39,470 bases of DNA from Chiloscyllium plagiosum (lineage: Eukaryota): positions 29,212,355 through 29,251,824 of the forward strand of contig NC_057718.1 in NCBI RefSeq assembly GCF_004010195.1. Reading direction: 5' to 3'. The position numbers were made by a program, and so were the translations under genes. Shown here piece after piece: positions 1-12,984 of this stretch. The notes beneath the pieces are model-generated. The model was not told the DNA's origin and searched no databases. It saw nothing but the letters and a program-made list of their open reading frames with translations. Position 1 is the first letter of the stretch; each line of letters opens with the position of its first letter.

Positions 1-317
1 GGGGAATAGATAGAGTAGACAGTCAGAGACTTTTTCCCCGGGTACAACAGAGTGTTACAAGGGGACATAAATTTAAGGTGAAGGGTGGAAGGTATAGGGG
101 GGATGTCAGAGGTAGGTTCTTTATCCAGTGAGTGGTGGGGGCATGGAATGCGCTGCCTGTGGGAGTGGCAGAGTCAGAATCATTGGTGACCTTTAAGCGG
201 CAATTGGATAGGTACATGGATGGGTGCTTAAGCTAGGACGAATGTTCAGCACAACATCGTGGGCCGAAGGGCCTGTTCTGTGCTGTATTGTTCTATGTTC
301 TATGTTCTATGTTCTAT
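1..317 (+). mobile_element. CR1 LINE 3' end
   Basis: ORF2 C-terminus (TRGHKFKV..GRFF..VVGAWNALP..TFKRQLDRYM), then gggccgaagggcc stem and (TTCTATG)n tail at ~291-317. Confidence 0.9.
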
Positions 318-1732
318 CTGTTCCATTGCAATGGGTGTTTGAAATAGAACTAACGAATAAGTCTACACAAATTTCTACCTCTCACTAGGCCCTTACAAAA
401 GAATGGGATTATGGTAAATGGTAGATGAATATGATTTGAGAAAATGGTTCTACAAGGTCAGTCACCTTGTTTCTTAATTCTGCAGTCTCTGAGCCCAGAA
501 GAAATACAAAGTGATATTGATTTAAGAGGGACTCCAGCTGTCTGCACCAATCCTCTCAAAGTGATTTTCCTTACAGATAATTCTAGATGGTAATACTTGG
601 TAAATGGAAGAGAACTATCCCACAGAGCATCTTACACATTATACCAATTAATAACTTTATTGTTAGACATTCAGGAAGAAACTGTGGAACAAAATGACTC
701 TTTATGTTGCTTTTGTCTTCCTCTCTGCAAGACAGTAACAGTGTAATATGGACTCAGTCATTCAACTGATAAAAAGATTTCCTGATTAAGGTAAAAATGA
801 GAATTAACTTTCATGAGAAGAGGAATACCCCATCAGATTAGAAAAGAATTACAAAAAAGCAAAAGGCATTTCACTCACATATTGGCCCCAATTTGCGGAG
901 ATGGGGTAAGAATTTTGGTTGGCAAACTCAGAATTCTGGATAGTCTCATAATAATGTGGAGACTGGATCCATAACCCCCATGTTTAACCCCCAATCAGGA
1001 CCCCTACTTCAGGTCAGCTTGACTGTCAGAGTTCACTGACTGTTTTCCAGGTTTTGCTGCCTATCAGTCAGGGGGACTCTAATAAAGACTGAGGTTATGT
1101 AGGGAATCGCCTGTTGCATTCAACAGAGAGTAGGTGGAGGCATCCAATGCAAGGAAGAAGGTAAATTCCTGTTTCTTCTGGAGTGATGTAAAGGTATGCT
1201 TTTTCAAAACCTTTCTCATCTACTTTTACCTGCCAGGTTCCCAAAGCATGGGAAATTCAAACACTAGGACTATATGTGTGACAGATGTAAAACAGGAGGG
1301 CAGCAAACTCATAATAACATTTAACTCAACATCTTCAAATCAGAATGGCTGTTTTTAGTCTTCCGTCTGTTAAATCTAGGAGTGAGTGAGTTTGGCTTGG
1401 GTTTGGAGATTTTGAAAACTTCAAACCTCACCCAATCATTGGTAGGTAATACTATCCCAGTTTAACTAGGACTAACGACTAATGACATTTCATCATACTG
1501 ATTGCTGGGAAGTTAGGAACTAAATTAAGATTCCAAATGGACATCAGATTTCTGTGGCTTATACTAAACACTAATCTCCTGAAATCTAAAGTGCAAACTG
1601 GTTAAGAAAGATTGTACATTACATGAACCTAAATAAAATTAGATCTGAAATCAATATTAAAAAGCTGCTGGAGATGCACAATACACGAAGAACAATACTC
1701 AAAGCTAAGCAGAAGAGCAGCATCAGAGCAGT

Positions 1733-1860
1733 AAAATAAAACAAAGAATTGCAGATGCTCAAAATCAGAATGGTCACTGGACCCGAGAAATTAACTCTGT
1801 TTTCTTTTCACAGATGCTGCCAGACTTGATGAATTCCTCCAGCCATTCCAGTCTTTGTTT
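1733..1860. mobile_element. Short Penelope-derived terminal fragment with inverted tail piece
   Basis: Similar to the 10200-10320 PLE end (cagatgctgccagac). Flanked by an imperfect 15-bp duplication cagc(a/t)tcagagc(a/t)gt at 1718-1732 and 1861-1875. Confidence 0.65.
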
Positions 1861-2363
1861 CAGCTTCAGAGCTGTTTTGATTTAACAAAGATTTCCAGAT
1901 ATATACACAAGATTTTTAAAAAGTGTAGGTGGAAATTTAAAATGTAGGCATAAAACCCTTGGTAAAATAAAAATATTTTGCAAAATGTGTTTTGAGATCT
2001 GAATGTATAGGATCTGGGAAGAGCATCACTTGAAGGACGGTGAGATCAGACAATTTGTCCAACCCTAAAATTAGCTATTTTTCTTAATCCAATATGATCG
2101 TTCCAACATTCTGCTCACTATTATCACATCTTCTGCTTAGCATTAATGTTCCTGTACATCTGTTTGAATTCATTACACTCTATTTCACAATTACAAATAA
2201 AAACTAAATTTTCAATAGATGTCTCATGTTTTACTGACTACTCTATGATTCATGTGTTTAATTTTTTTCCAATCTGTGCATAGTTTGCAGCTAAATTTGT
2301 GAGGTTGAGTCAACTGATATACACAACTTATGTCCCTATTCAAAAATAACTTTAATTGCTTAC

Positions 2364-2501
2364 TTCTGAGAGCATTTCATACTGCTTCCTTCTGCCCATA
2401 GTTATGCTCAAGAGATCATACAAGGCAGTGGCATTCTGGAAGCTGATGTTGCGGTCCTCTCTCTGGTCTGGCGCACGACTTATTACACCATCTCGATTTG
2501 C
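2364..2501 (-). CDS. TTC7A: TTC7A internal exon (138 bp; equivalent to human exon 9)
   Basis: Acceptor tgtttgtacag, donor gtaagc. Translates [46 protein letters not shown]; human TTC7A has [46 protein letters not shown]. Confidence 0.9.
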
Positions 2502-3540
2502 CTGTACAAACATTTTAAAATGAAAGTTATTTTAAGAAGATGCAAATGTATGAATTGTCACTTTTTTTTATTGAAGGCTCAGACCTACACTGCAAGACAT
2601 CACAATGCTTGAAACATGAGCTGATGAAAAGCAATGGTGATTGAATGATTCCAAAGACAATACAATTTTTAAAAATAAATTTGAGGTCCTCAAGTCTTAT
2701 TGTAGGACACAAAATTTTATATTTCAACCCAAATAATTTGGCTATGGACTCTGTGGTAAACAAAGTTGTCACTTGATTTCGATATATTTGGCAAACAGGG
2801 AGGGATGAAATCTATTATTTCAGCCAAATAATAACTTAAGGTTTTTGACCATTATGATGTGAACATGCTGAATATCAACTCCAGAGGATACTTAACAGGT
2901 GCAGCTTTGTGTGTTTTGGATGTCAGGAAAATCATTTGCAACTTCAAAACTATTCATTTTAAACAACCTCACTGCAGAGTTTCCCATTTTGTCGTTTCAA
3001 GTTGTGGTTGCACCTGGAGATAGCACTTTGAACTTTGTAATAATAGGGCCATGGTAAGTGCAATCAAGCAAAAAATAAATTGCAAAACAGAGAAACATAT
3101 TGGCTCATCTTACTGTGCAGTCTCCCTACATATTGATATTAAGAGGCGGCCCTTAAGTGGCCATTAAAGTTGTCACTAATGGCCTTGAGTGGCCCACAGA
3201 CAGGAAGGCCTGATCTACCTGCCTAGCCCTTTTTAGTGGGCATCCCACTAATTCTTATATTGCTTCCTTGGAGATGTAAGTATAAGCACAATAGATGACA
3301 AAAAGATCATAAAATTATACAGCAACTATGAATGTGAGACAAAATGTAGTATCCAATGGAAAATTATAACAGCAATTGGTGTAAATACAAGTTCCACAAC
3401 AAATTAAATCTACTGCAGGACCTGTAAAATATTCTTTGTTTCTTAGTGTACAAAATATATGGTTGGATCAGTTAATAAATCTGAAGTTCTAAAGGGTTTT
3501 CTGGTAGCAATGATAGACTATGTAACAGTAAATAGATATT

Positions 3541-4176
3541 AGCGATTTTTGAGAAGATTTGTAGCTCAGGTTGATGGTAAGTATGTAAGTTAACTTATTG
3601 AGCTGAAAGGTTTGTTTTCAATGTTTCGTCACCATACTAGGTAATATGAGCAGTGAGAGTCTCCGGTGAAGCTCTGGTGATATTTCCCGCCTCTCTGTTT
3701 ATAGGTCTTGGTTTCTTAAGGTGGGTGATGTGATTTTCAGCTCTTTTTTTCAAGGGAACGTAAATGGGATCTAAGTCAATGTGTTTATTGATGGGGTTCT
3801 TGTTAGAATCCCAGGATACATGAACATCAACTGGCCACCAAAAGACATGACCCACTATCATTAGTTTCTATACATACAGGCAAAGAAGGGCACCACTTTG
3901 ATTGGGACAACACACATGTCCTAGGACAGGTGAAAAGAAAGACATGCACAAGAATTCTTAGACATGCACAAGAACTCCATCAATAAACACAACAACGTTC
4001 CCTTGAAAAAAACCCAGAAATGATATCACCCACCTTAAGAAACTATGACCTATAAATAGAGAGGCGGGATATACCACCAGCGCTTCACCAGAGACTCTCA
4101 CTGATGACCTTATCTATTATGGTGATGAAACATCTGAAAACAAACGTTCCACCTCAGCGAACTAACTTACATACTT
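3541..4176. mobile_element. Penelope-like element with inverted terminal duplication
   Basis: Plus arm encodes a GIY-YIG C-terminal region (RIHEHQLATKRHDPLSL..HHFDWDNT). ~3578-3800 is the reverse complement of ~3970-4176. 14-bp TSD agtaaatagatatt at 3527-3540 and 4177-4190. Confidence 0.85.
4101..4134 (+). ncRNA. Degenerate hammerhead ribozyme motif in PLE terminal repeat
   Basis: CTGATGA...GAAAC-ATC core with short ca/tg helix I; helix II imperfect. Confidence 0.5.
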
Positions 4177-4973
4177 AGTAAATAGATATTCTTCTTGAGA
4201 TATTCAACAGGGCTTAATTGATACAGTTGAGGATGCAATAAAAACTAAGGGTGCAATCTTTTCTGTGCACTCTAAGTAACAAAATCGTAAACCTGTTCTT
4301 TAAAATCTATGAGATCCTTACACAAACTTCACTTGAGAAACGGTATCTCCTTGTAAAAACTGTAACAGACTATTTTGAAATAAAGGTATTTACAGAATCC
4401 CACCACTGGGGCAATATTTAATGGAGAAGAGAGTCTTACCCTCTAGCTGGGGAGCTAGCAACAGTCCTCATTACCCTGTTTTAGGGAATCTCTATCAAAT
4501 TAAGAACCAGTCAGATACTTGACAAGCCAGGGACAGGCATTTGATGCACTGTAGAGTGAAGCTGAGAAATCATATCTACAATTAACCCAACCCAAATTGA
4601 CCATTGACAGTAATTCACATTTGCACATCTGAAATGACTGGTTGAAAGTAACTAGCAAGATTCTCTCCTCAGGAAAAAGCTTGGTGCTGACAATAGTATT
4701 GGTGTCACATTGATTACATGATTACTTCCACAAACACTCAAAGCACCTGAAGAAATCACACTAAAAACTTGGGCGCGGAGTGGGTTAGAGTGGAAGAGAA
4801 AGCACAAGAATGCAAAATGGTACTGCACAAGACAAATTTGAGAGGAAGATACAGGAAGGAGTTGAGAAAGGGACACAGAGACCAGGAACAAGTAGGTGCA
4901 AAGACAGTGTTTGAGAGAGGCAGGAAACTCAATTCAGCAGGTATTTATGCTGCTTTGCCTCACTGGAAATTAT

Positions 4974-5791
4974 TGAGGAGAAAGTGAGGTCTGCAGATGC
5001 TGGAGATCAGAGCTGGAAATGTGTTGCTGGAAAAGCGCAGCAGGTCAGGCAGCATCCAGGGAACAGGAGAATCGACGTTTTGGGCATAAGCCCTTCTTCA
5101 GGAATGAGGAAAGTTTGTCCAGCAGGCTAAGATAAAAGGTAGGGAGGAGGGACTTGGGGGAGAGGCGTTGGAAATGCGATAGGTGGAAGGAGGTCAAGGT
5201 GAGGGTAATAGGCTGGAGTGGGGTGGGGGCGGAGAGGTCAGGAAGAAGATTGCAGGTTAGGAAGGCGGTGCTGANNNNNNNNNNNNNNNNNNNNNNNNNN
5301 NNNNNNNNNNNNNNNNNNNNNNNNNNNNNNNNNNNNNNNNNNNNNNNNNNNNNNNNNNNNNNNNNNNNNNNNNNNNNNNNNNNNNNNNNNNNNNNNNNNN
5401 NNNNNNNNNNNNNNNNNNNNNNNNNNNNNNNNNNNNNNNNNNNNNNNNNNNNNNNNNNNNNNNNNNNNNNNNNNNNNNNNNNNNNNNNNNNNNNNNNNNN
5501 NNNNNNNNNNNNNNNNNNNNNNNNNNNNNNNNNNNNNNNNNNNNNNNNNNNNNNNNNNNNNNNNNNNNNNNNNNNNNNNNNNNNNNNNNNNNNNNNNNNN
5601 NNNNNNNNNNNNNNNNNNNNNNNNNNNNNNNNNNNNNNNNNNNNNNNNNNNNNNNNNNNNNNNNNNNNNNNNNNNNNNNNNNNNNNNNNNNNNNNNNNNN
5701 NNNNNNNNNNNNNNNNNNNNNNNNNNNNNNNNNNNNNNNNNNNNNNNNNNNNNNNNNNNNNNNNGGGGAATTTGGAGGGGCGGGGAAATTA
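4974..5791 (-). mobile_element. Penelope-like element 3' part, interior hidden by gap
   Basis: 19-bp TSD ttgcctcactggaaattat at 4955-4973 and 5792-5810. Minus-strand hammerhead-like core ctgaagaagggcttatgcccaaaacgtc at 5074-5101. Confidence 0.75.
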
Positions 5792-5849
5792 TTGCCTCAC
5801 TGGAAATTATGCTCTACTATTCACAGCACCATCACAAATTTTGAAAATT

Positions 5850-6550
5850 TTATAGAAGTACTCAAGACTCCCCAGTTTATCAGGTTGACAGAAAGCACAG
5901 ACCAGGTTTTCTGTACTCAATGAGAATTACTTTCTACGACAAATAAATAAATTCTAACTATAGAAGAACAGTTGTGAGCTATTAATATTTAACTCTACAA
6001 GTTAAACCTCTAACTCATTTATTAAACTCCACTTACACACACATAGACATAAATAGACACAAAAAAATGGTACTATTGGCAGAGGGAAAGACTGGGAAGC
6101 AGTTCAATGGTCCGTGTCCACATGGTTCATTGAGATCATCCTTTTGGCTTGTTTGGAGTTGAACTTCCTTGTTCAGGCATTTTCACAGCGACTGGTTCCA
6201 TTCATAAAATTTCTTATTTATTGGTTAAAAGCCTGGCTGCTTTCAGCAACTGTTGTGTAGAAATAAACTGACTTTCTTCAGGCTTGAAAAGGACAGCTCC
6301 TTACTGTCAGACATTCAATGGCTTCTGAATAACATTCACACCCACAAGCTGTTCTGCTGCCTGAATGCCAATCACAGTTGTTGGCAGGCAGAACTTTTTT
6401 GTCATTGACAACTGGTTACCCCCACTCCACAGGCCAATCAACTGTTTGTTTCTCACTGAATCACCCTTCATAAACACTCCTTGCCCCAACTCATTTGTAG
6501 TAAACTCCCCCACTTTTTGAAGAAACAGCCATGTAAACAACATGTACAAT
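5850..6550 (-). repeat. Interspersed repeat, probable solo LTR
   Basis: Reverse complement aligns by eye to ~26900-27560 (cagttgt..acaaa..ttctgcctg..tgtgattgg..aacag.ttgtgg.tgtgaatg; gtacagaaa). Non-coding; boundaries approximate. Confidence 0.5.
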
Positions 6551-6582
6551 GAGGATCCGGTATTTTTAAAAAGTGCAATACT

Positions 6583-8195
6583 CATAGAACATAGAACATA
6601 GAAGAATACAGCGCAGTACAGGCCCTTTGGCCCTCGATGTTGCGCCGATCCAAGCCCACCTAACCTATACTAACCCACTATCCTCCATATACCTATCCAA
6701 TGCCCACTTAAATGCCCATAAAGAGGGAGAGTCCACCACTGCTACTGGCAGGGCATTCCATGAACTTACGACTCGCTGAGTGAAGAACCTACCCCTAACT
6801 TCAGTCCTATATCTAACCCCCCTTAATNNNNNNNNNNNNNNNNNNNNNNNNNNNNNNNNNNNNNNNNNNNNNNNNNNNNNNNNNNNNNNNNNNNNNNNNN
6901 NNNNNNNNNNNNNNNNNNNNNNNNNNNNNNNNNNNNNNNNNNNNNNNNNNNNNNNNNNNNNNNNNNNNNNNNNNNNNNNNNNNNNNNNNNNNNNNNNNNN
7001 NNNNNNNNNNNNTTAGCTACGTTGAATTCCATTTGCCACCTTTCTGCCCAGCTCTGCAGCTTCTCTATATCCTGCTGTAACCTGCTACATCCTTCCTCAC
7101 TGTCAACAACTCCTCTGACTTTCGTATCATCCGCAAACTTGCTTACCCAACCTTCTAACCCCTCTTCCATGTCATTTATAAAAATGACAAACAGCAATGG
7201 TCCCAAAACAGATCCTTGCGGAACACCGCTAGTGACGGCACTCCATGAAGAAACTTTGCCATCAACTACTACCCTCTGTCTTCTTCCATCCAGCCAATTC
7301 CTAATCCAAACCTCCAACTCACCCTCCATGCCATATCTCCGTATTTTCTGCAGTAGCCTACCATGGGGAACCTTATCGGACGCCTTACTAAAATCCATAT
7401 ATACCACATCTACCGCTTTCGCCTCATCAACCTCCTTCGTCACCTTTTCAAAGAATTCAATAAGGTTTGTGAGGCACGACTTGCCCTTCACAAAACCATG
7501 CTGACTATCCTTGATCACATTATTCCTATTCAGATGTTCATAAATCCTATCCCTTACAATTCTCTCTAAGACTTTGCCCACAACAGAAGTGAGACTCATC
7601 GGCCTATAGTTACTAGGGTTATCCCTACTCCCCTTTTTGAACAAGGGAACCACATTTGCTAGCCTCCAGTCTTCTGGTACTATTCCTGTAGACAACGAGG
7701 ACATAAAAATTTAGGCCAATGGCTCTGCAATCTCCTCCCTTGCTTCCCAGAGAATCCTAGGATAAATGCCATCAGGCCCAGGGGACTTATCTATTTTCAC
7801 CTTTTCCAGGATTTCCAACACCTCTTCTCTACATACCTCACAGCCATCCATTCTACTTATTTGTGACTCAGTATTCACATCGGCGACAATGCCCTGTTCC
7901 TGGGTAAATACTGAAGAAAAGTATTCATTGTGTCTCCCCAATCTCTTCCGCCTCCACACGCAACTTCCCACTACTATCCTTGACTGGACCTATTCCTACC
8001 CTAGTCATTCTTTTATTCCTAACATACCTATAGAAAGCCTTAGGGTTTTCCCTAATCCTACCGACTAAGGACCTTTCATGTCCCCTCCTTGCTGCTCTTA
8101 GCTCTCTCTTCAGGTCCTTCCTGGCTACCCTATAACTCTCAATCGCCCCAATTGAACCTTCACGTCTCATCTTGAGATAGGCCGCCCTCTTCCAC
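6583..8195 (-). mobile_element. 5'-truncated CR1 LINE with frameshifted ORF2 (RT)
   Basis: NYRPMSLTS, YMDFSKASDKVPH, GVPQGSVLGP, KFADDTK and KSPGPDG motifs; (CATAGAA)n tail at 6583-6603; interrupted by gap 6828-7012. Confidence 0.95.
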
Positions 8196-8677
8196 AATCC
8201 TTTCTTATAATAGTCTTTCTCCCATTTCAATCCAATAACGAAGATTAAAATGATATGGTCTTCACAATGCAAAAGAATGTAACAGAACAAGAGATACAGT
8301 GCACAAAGTCCTGTGGGAATGACCGGTTCACTGACTTTAAAAGGTCCTTGTGTTTTGAGGTCAAAAAATCATATCAAAAAGAATACCTAGCCTTTGTTTA
8401 CGATTTCAAGTCACTGCAATTCATCCCACATTTATATTGACGTGCTGTCAATCGATGCAATGGCCATGAGGCCACAAGGTGATTTAATAACCCATCTTTC
8501 ACGCTGAAGTGCTGAAACAGGGTGAGCTTCTTATGATTACAAAGACACTGATTTCTTGCTCCACATTGAAGGAAGGATCTTTATAATTGTTGAGAAATCT
8601 GGTTCTTCGCCTTGAAAGTAATAAAAATGGGCAAAATGAAAAACAAACATCCAACATTTGAGATAAATATTTCCTAA

Positions 8678-8780
8678 TCAACCTGTTCAGAGCTGCTGTT
8701 ATACACCTCTAGAACAAGTGAGACTTGACCCCAGGCCTCCTGATCCAGAGGCTGGGAAACTAACACTGCATCATTAGGGT
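8678..8780 (-). mobile_element. tRNA-derived SINE head
   Basis: Degenerate A and B boxes on the minus strand (tgatgcagtgt..ggggtcaagtc); similar to 16285-16365. Confidence 0.55.
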
Positions 8781-9269
8781 CCTCCAACATTTGACATACT
8801 GTATATCAACAAATTTGCAATGTATGCTATTCACCTGATACTACTGACCGTGGCAAATCTATATTAGGCCTCAACTGGAGCACTTAGGAAAAATCTGAAA
8901 GGTTTGAAAAGATGCTGAACAGTTTTACTAAAAAGATAATTTTGCTTCTGTTGTATCTGCATCGCAGACTAACATCGCCAAATTCTGCCAAGGGTAACAA
9001 TGTGATAATGACCAGATATCACATTATTGCTGGCTCAGTTACCCTTCATTACCCTCTGGCTCAGCTCATCTGTAGAAAGTTCCCCTGTTGTTTGAAGTAA
9101 AAACAGTGTAAAAAGCACTGATAGTGAGGGTCCGGTAATTTGTTTTTTTTTCAAAAGTACAAACAAAGGAGTTCTGTGTGCCAACAATGGAGACTGGCTC
9201 CCTGGAAGCTGGACTGCTTGTGGGTGTTAATGTTTGTTCAGAAACCATTGGACATTTGAAAGTAAGGTG

Positions 9270-9510
9270 CTGTTATGTGCTGTCAACTGGGGGGTGAATG
9301 TTGCCAGGACACCAAGGACACCTCTCCTGTTCTTCCTTGAAATAATGCCTTGGGATCTTTAACATCCATCTCAGTTTAACTTCTCAACCAAAAGACAGCT
9401 CTTCTGACAGTGCAGTGCTCCTTCAGTAATGCACTGAAGTATCAGTCTGGATTTTTATGCACTTAAACACAAAACCTATTTCAGAGGAGAGTGTTACCAA
9501 CGAAGCCACA
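9270..9510 (-). mobile_element. Deu-domain SINE (SacSINE1/AmnSINE-like)
   Basis: Minus strand reads gaaggagcactgcactgtcagaagagctgtcttttggttgag..ttaaac..aaagatcccaaggcattatttc..ggtgtcc, resembling the recalled Deu central domain. Confidence 0.6.
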
Positions 9511-9819
9511 ATTAACATTAATTCTAGGGATGACTGATTTCAACTACAAACATTGCCAAAAAGAGGCAAGAAATTGAAGCTTTTTGTTTTGCACTCAGAG
9601 CTAGGACACAGGAAACGGACTTGAACAAAGGGGCATCATTATAGAAGATTTGACATATCATTTATCAACAAGTCACCTAACGATGCTGAGGCCCTGAAAG
9701 CAAGCCCAGAAGACCTGGCAAATGCTTATTGTGGAACATCTAATGATTGATTTTTATCTGCCATAGAAGTAGCTGGCAGCATTGTATAATCTCAAGACAA
9801 ACCCCATTATACATATATA

Positions 9820-10325
9820 GAAGGCTTGCTGCAGTGCTCCAGTGAAGCTCAGTATTAGCTAGAAAAACACTTTATTTTCCACTTGGGGACCCTGCAGCCT
9901 TCTGGACCTAACATCGACTTCAATAACTTTAGAGTCTGAACTCTCCTATATCCTAGCCCCCACCCCCACACACCAGGCCTTGTAATCACAGTCTGCTATT
10001 ATACACAACCCATTGTTAGCCACTAACACTCTCCATTAACAACTATTCACCCTCCTAGCCAGATCATTATTCACTCCTTTGTCTATCCAACTGTTTTTCT
10101 CTCTATTTGGGCTCCATCCACCTATCATTTACTCCTCACCCCATTCCTCATCCTATCTTCTGCATAAAAACCCACATTTTCCAAACTACCATCAGTTCTG
10201 AGGAAGGGTCACCTGACCCAAAACAATAACTCTGATTTCTCTCCACAGATGCCGCCAGACCTGCTGAGCTTTTCCAGCAATTTCTGTTTTTGTTCCTGAT
10301 TTACAGTATCTGCAGTTCTTTTTTT
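9820..10325 (+). mobile_element. Penelope-like element 3' end (endonuclease C-terminus plus 3' UTR)
   Basis: Degenerate GLLQCSSEAQ..IFHLGTLQPSG.NIDFNNF; hammerhead-like core ctgaggaagggtcacctgacccaaaac at 10198-10224. Confidence 0.8.
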
Positions 10326-10973
10326 TTCCCTATATATACACACACATATAAAACCTAATAAAGGAAATTTGTGTTCAATGATAGTTCCAAGATTTTCTTT
10401 TATCCACTCTGGAATATAGCCATTGCTGGCTGGCCAGCATTTATTGCCCGTCCCTAGTTGCCCTTGAGGGAGGTAGGGGTGAGCTGTTTTCTTGAACCAC
10501 TGCTATCCATGTACGGTAGGTTGACCCTCAAGACCCTCAGGGTGGATGTTACATGATTCTGATCAAGCAAGTGAAGGAACGGTGATACATTTCCAAGTCA
10601 GAATGGTGAATGGTTTGGAGGGGAACTTGCAGGTGGTAGTATTCCCATGCATCTGCTACCCTTGTCCTTCTAGCTGGAAGCAATTGTGGATCTGGAAGAT
10701 GCTGTCTACGGATCTTTGGTGAATTTCTGCAATGCATCTTATACATAGTTCTGTTGCTGTTGACATCCAAGGTGAAGAAAGTGATGCTTGTGGGTGGTGC
10801 CAATCAAGTGGACTGCTTTGTCCTACATGGTGTCAATTTTTTTGATTGTTGTGGGGGCTGCAGCCATTGCGGCAAGTGGGGAGTATTCCATCACACTGCT
10901 GACTTGTGCCCTGTAGATGGTGGACAGGTTTTGAGGTGTCAGAAGGTGAGTCACTCACCACGGTACTCCCAGC

Positions 10974-11076
10974 AGTTCAGGCAGCATCCCGAGGAGCAGT
11001 GCTGCCTGAACTGCTGTGCTCTTCCAGCATCACTAAACCAGAATCCGGTTTCCAGCATCTGCAGAAATTGTTTTTA
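10974..11076. mobile_element. Mini fold-back PLE-derived insertion
   Basis: Hairpin agttcaggcagca/tgctgcctgaact; 15-bp TSD cac(g/a)gtactcccagc at 10959-10973 and 11077-11091; same family as 38402-38607. Confidence 0.8.
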
Positions 11077-11971
11077 CACAGTACTCCCAGCCTCTGTCCT
11101 TGTCCTGTAGATATTGCATTTATATAGTGAGTCCAGTTGAGTTTCTGTTTAATGATAAACTCCAGGATATTGATGATGGGGGTTTCAGTGATGGTAACAC
11201 CATTGAATGTCAAGGAGTGGTGGTTGGATTGTCTCTTATTGGAGATGGGCATTGCCTGGCATTTCTGTGGAGCCAATGTTACTTGCCACTTGTCAGCCCA
11301 AGCCTGGATACTGTGACATTTGAACATGGACTGCTTCAGTTTCTGGGGAGTTGTGAATAGTGTTGAACATTGTGCAATTATTGGCAAACATCCCCACTTC
11401 TGACCTGATGTTGGAAGGAAGGTGATTGATGAAGCAGATGAAGATGGTTGGGCCTAGGGCACTACCCTGAGGAACTCCTGTCAAGATATCCTGGAGCTGA
11501 GATGACAAACAACCAATCAACCTCCAATAGGCCAGGTACAACTCCAACTAGTGGAGAGTCTGTCTCCTAATTTCCATTGATTCCAGTTTTGCTCGGGCTT
11601 TTTGATGTCAGGGGCTTTTACTCCCACCTCACTTCTGGAATTCAGCTCTTCTGTCCATGTTTGAACCAAGGCTGTAATGAGATCAGGAGCTGAGTGGTCT
11701 TGGTATAATCCAAACTGGGCGTTACTGGGCAGGTTATTGCTGACCAGGTAATGCTTGATAGCACTGTTGATAACAACCTTCCATCGCTTCATTGATGATC
11801 GAGAGTACACTGATAGGCAGTAATTGGCCAGGTTGGATTTGTCCTGCTTTTTATGTACAGGACATTCTTGTGCAATTTTCATTATTGTTGGGTAGATGCC
11901 AGTATTGTAGCTGTGCTGGAAGAGCTTAGCTAGGGGAGCAGCAAGTTCTGGAGCACAAGTACTCAGTATAC

Positions 11972-12107
11972 TTATGGATAGGAACGGTTTAGAGGGATCT
12001 GAGCCAAATGCAGCTAAATGGGACTACTTCAGTTTAAAAAACCTGAATGACATGGACGAGTTGGGATGAAGGGCCTATTTCCATGCTGTATGACGACGAT
12101 GACTCTA
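11972..12107 (+). mobile_element. CR1 3' tail fragment
   Basis: atggataggaacggtttagaggga..catggacgagttggg..aagggcctatttccatgctgtatgac, similar to 33920-34058. Confidence 0.7.
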
Positions 12108-12984
12108 CCATTGTTGGAATGTTATCCAGGGCCCATTGCTTCTGCATATCAAAATTATCTTGCATGATAACAGATAATATGATCAAATCATCACTCATAT
12201 CACAAAAATTCAATAGGGAATCTACATCCACCATCTTTAAGCCTGAACAGTACTCGGCTTACTTCAGATAAACCTAAATGGAGAAGATGTCTCAAAAATT
12301 TGAGCAACAGATGAAGCTTGCCGTCTCTCTCAGCTACTATGCAGCAAATCCATTTGTGCCGTGTTTTGTTTTCCCCCACAAACATGATGTTGCTAGAAGA
12401 AACTGAGGACAGCAGATGCTGGAGAGTCAGAGTCAAAAAGAGTGGTGTTGGAAAAGCACAGCACCACACAAATGAATAATGTGATAGGAGGTTCAGTGCC
12501 AGTGCGATGCCAGATATGTAGGCTTTATACCTCAACGACTTGTTGACAGTGTTAATCAACACATCCTATTGACCATTCACAGCAGGCAGTTTGCTGATCA
12601 TGCTCATCCACCCTGCACCCGCAGCCCTCAGAAAAGTATACCCACCATTCTGTTTTGATGAAGCATCATATCAAACTCAAAATGTTAAATGTAATACTCT
12701 TGGTGCACTTCCAATCCAATGGTGACTCAACTCTTCAGCACCCTCTGCCCATGCTATTCAAAATGGTGTCCCTGTGTTCAAGTCTGTTTCTTGCATCCTA
12801 GCTCTGATGAGGTCAAGGTGAGAAGCTTCAGTTTCACAAGTAAAGAGACTAAAGAAACCAACATTATTCTCCCTAGAAATAAAATTCTCAACCATTTTGA
12901 CAGAATAAATTTTAAAAATTATATTCGGCAGCAGGCAGAACGATAATCAGGAGGCTCAAATCTATGACTAAATGGCAAAAATAC

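Larger units (their letters stand above)
10393..12140 (-). mobile_element. Degraded LINE (CR1/L2/RTEX-like group), RT and 3' end
   Basis: KIAQ.CPVHKKQDKSN.ANY, GVPQGSALGP, FANNCT (decayed FADD), QAWADKWQVT. The 3' end matches the tail of the SINE at 20008-20330. Contains nested inserts at 10974-11076 and ~11972-12107. Confidence 0.85.

Noticed and set aside
880..1460. Possible old DNA transposon remnant (also 3130-3250)
   Set aside because: No terminal repeats or TSD could be established by eye.
5154..5855. 233-aa ORF
   Set aside because: It spans an N gap; artefact.
7022..7504. 160-aa plus-strand ORF (also the 33284-33751 minus-strand ORF)
   Set aside because: Antisense shadow of CR1 reverse transcriptase.
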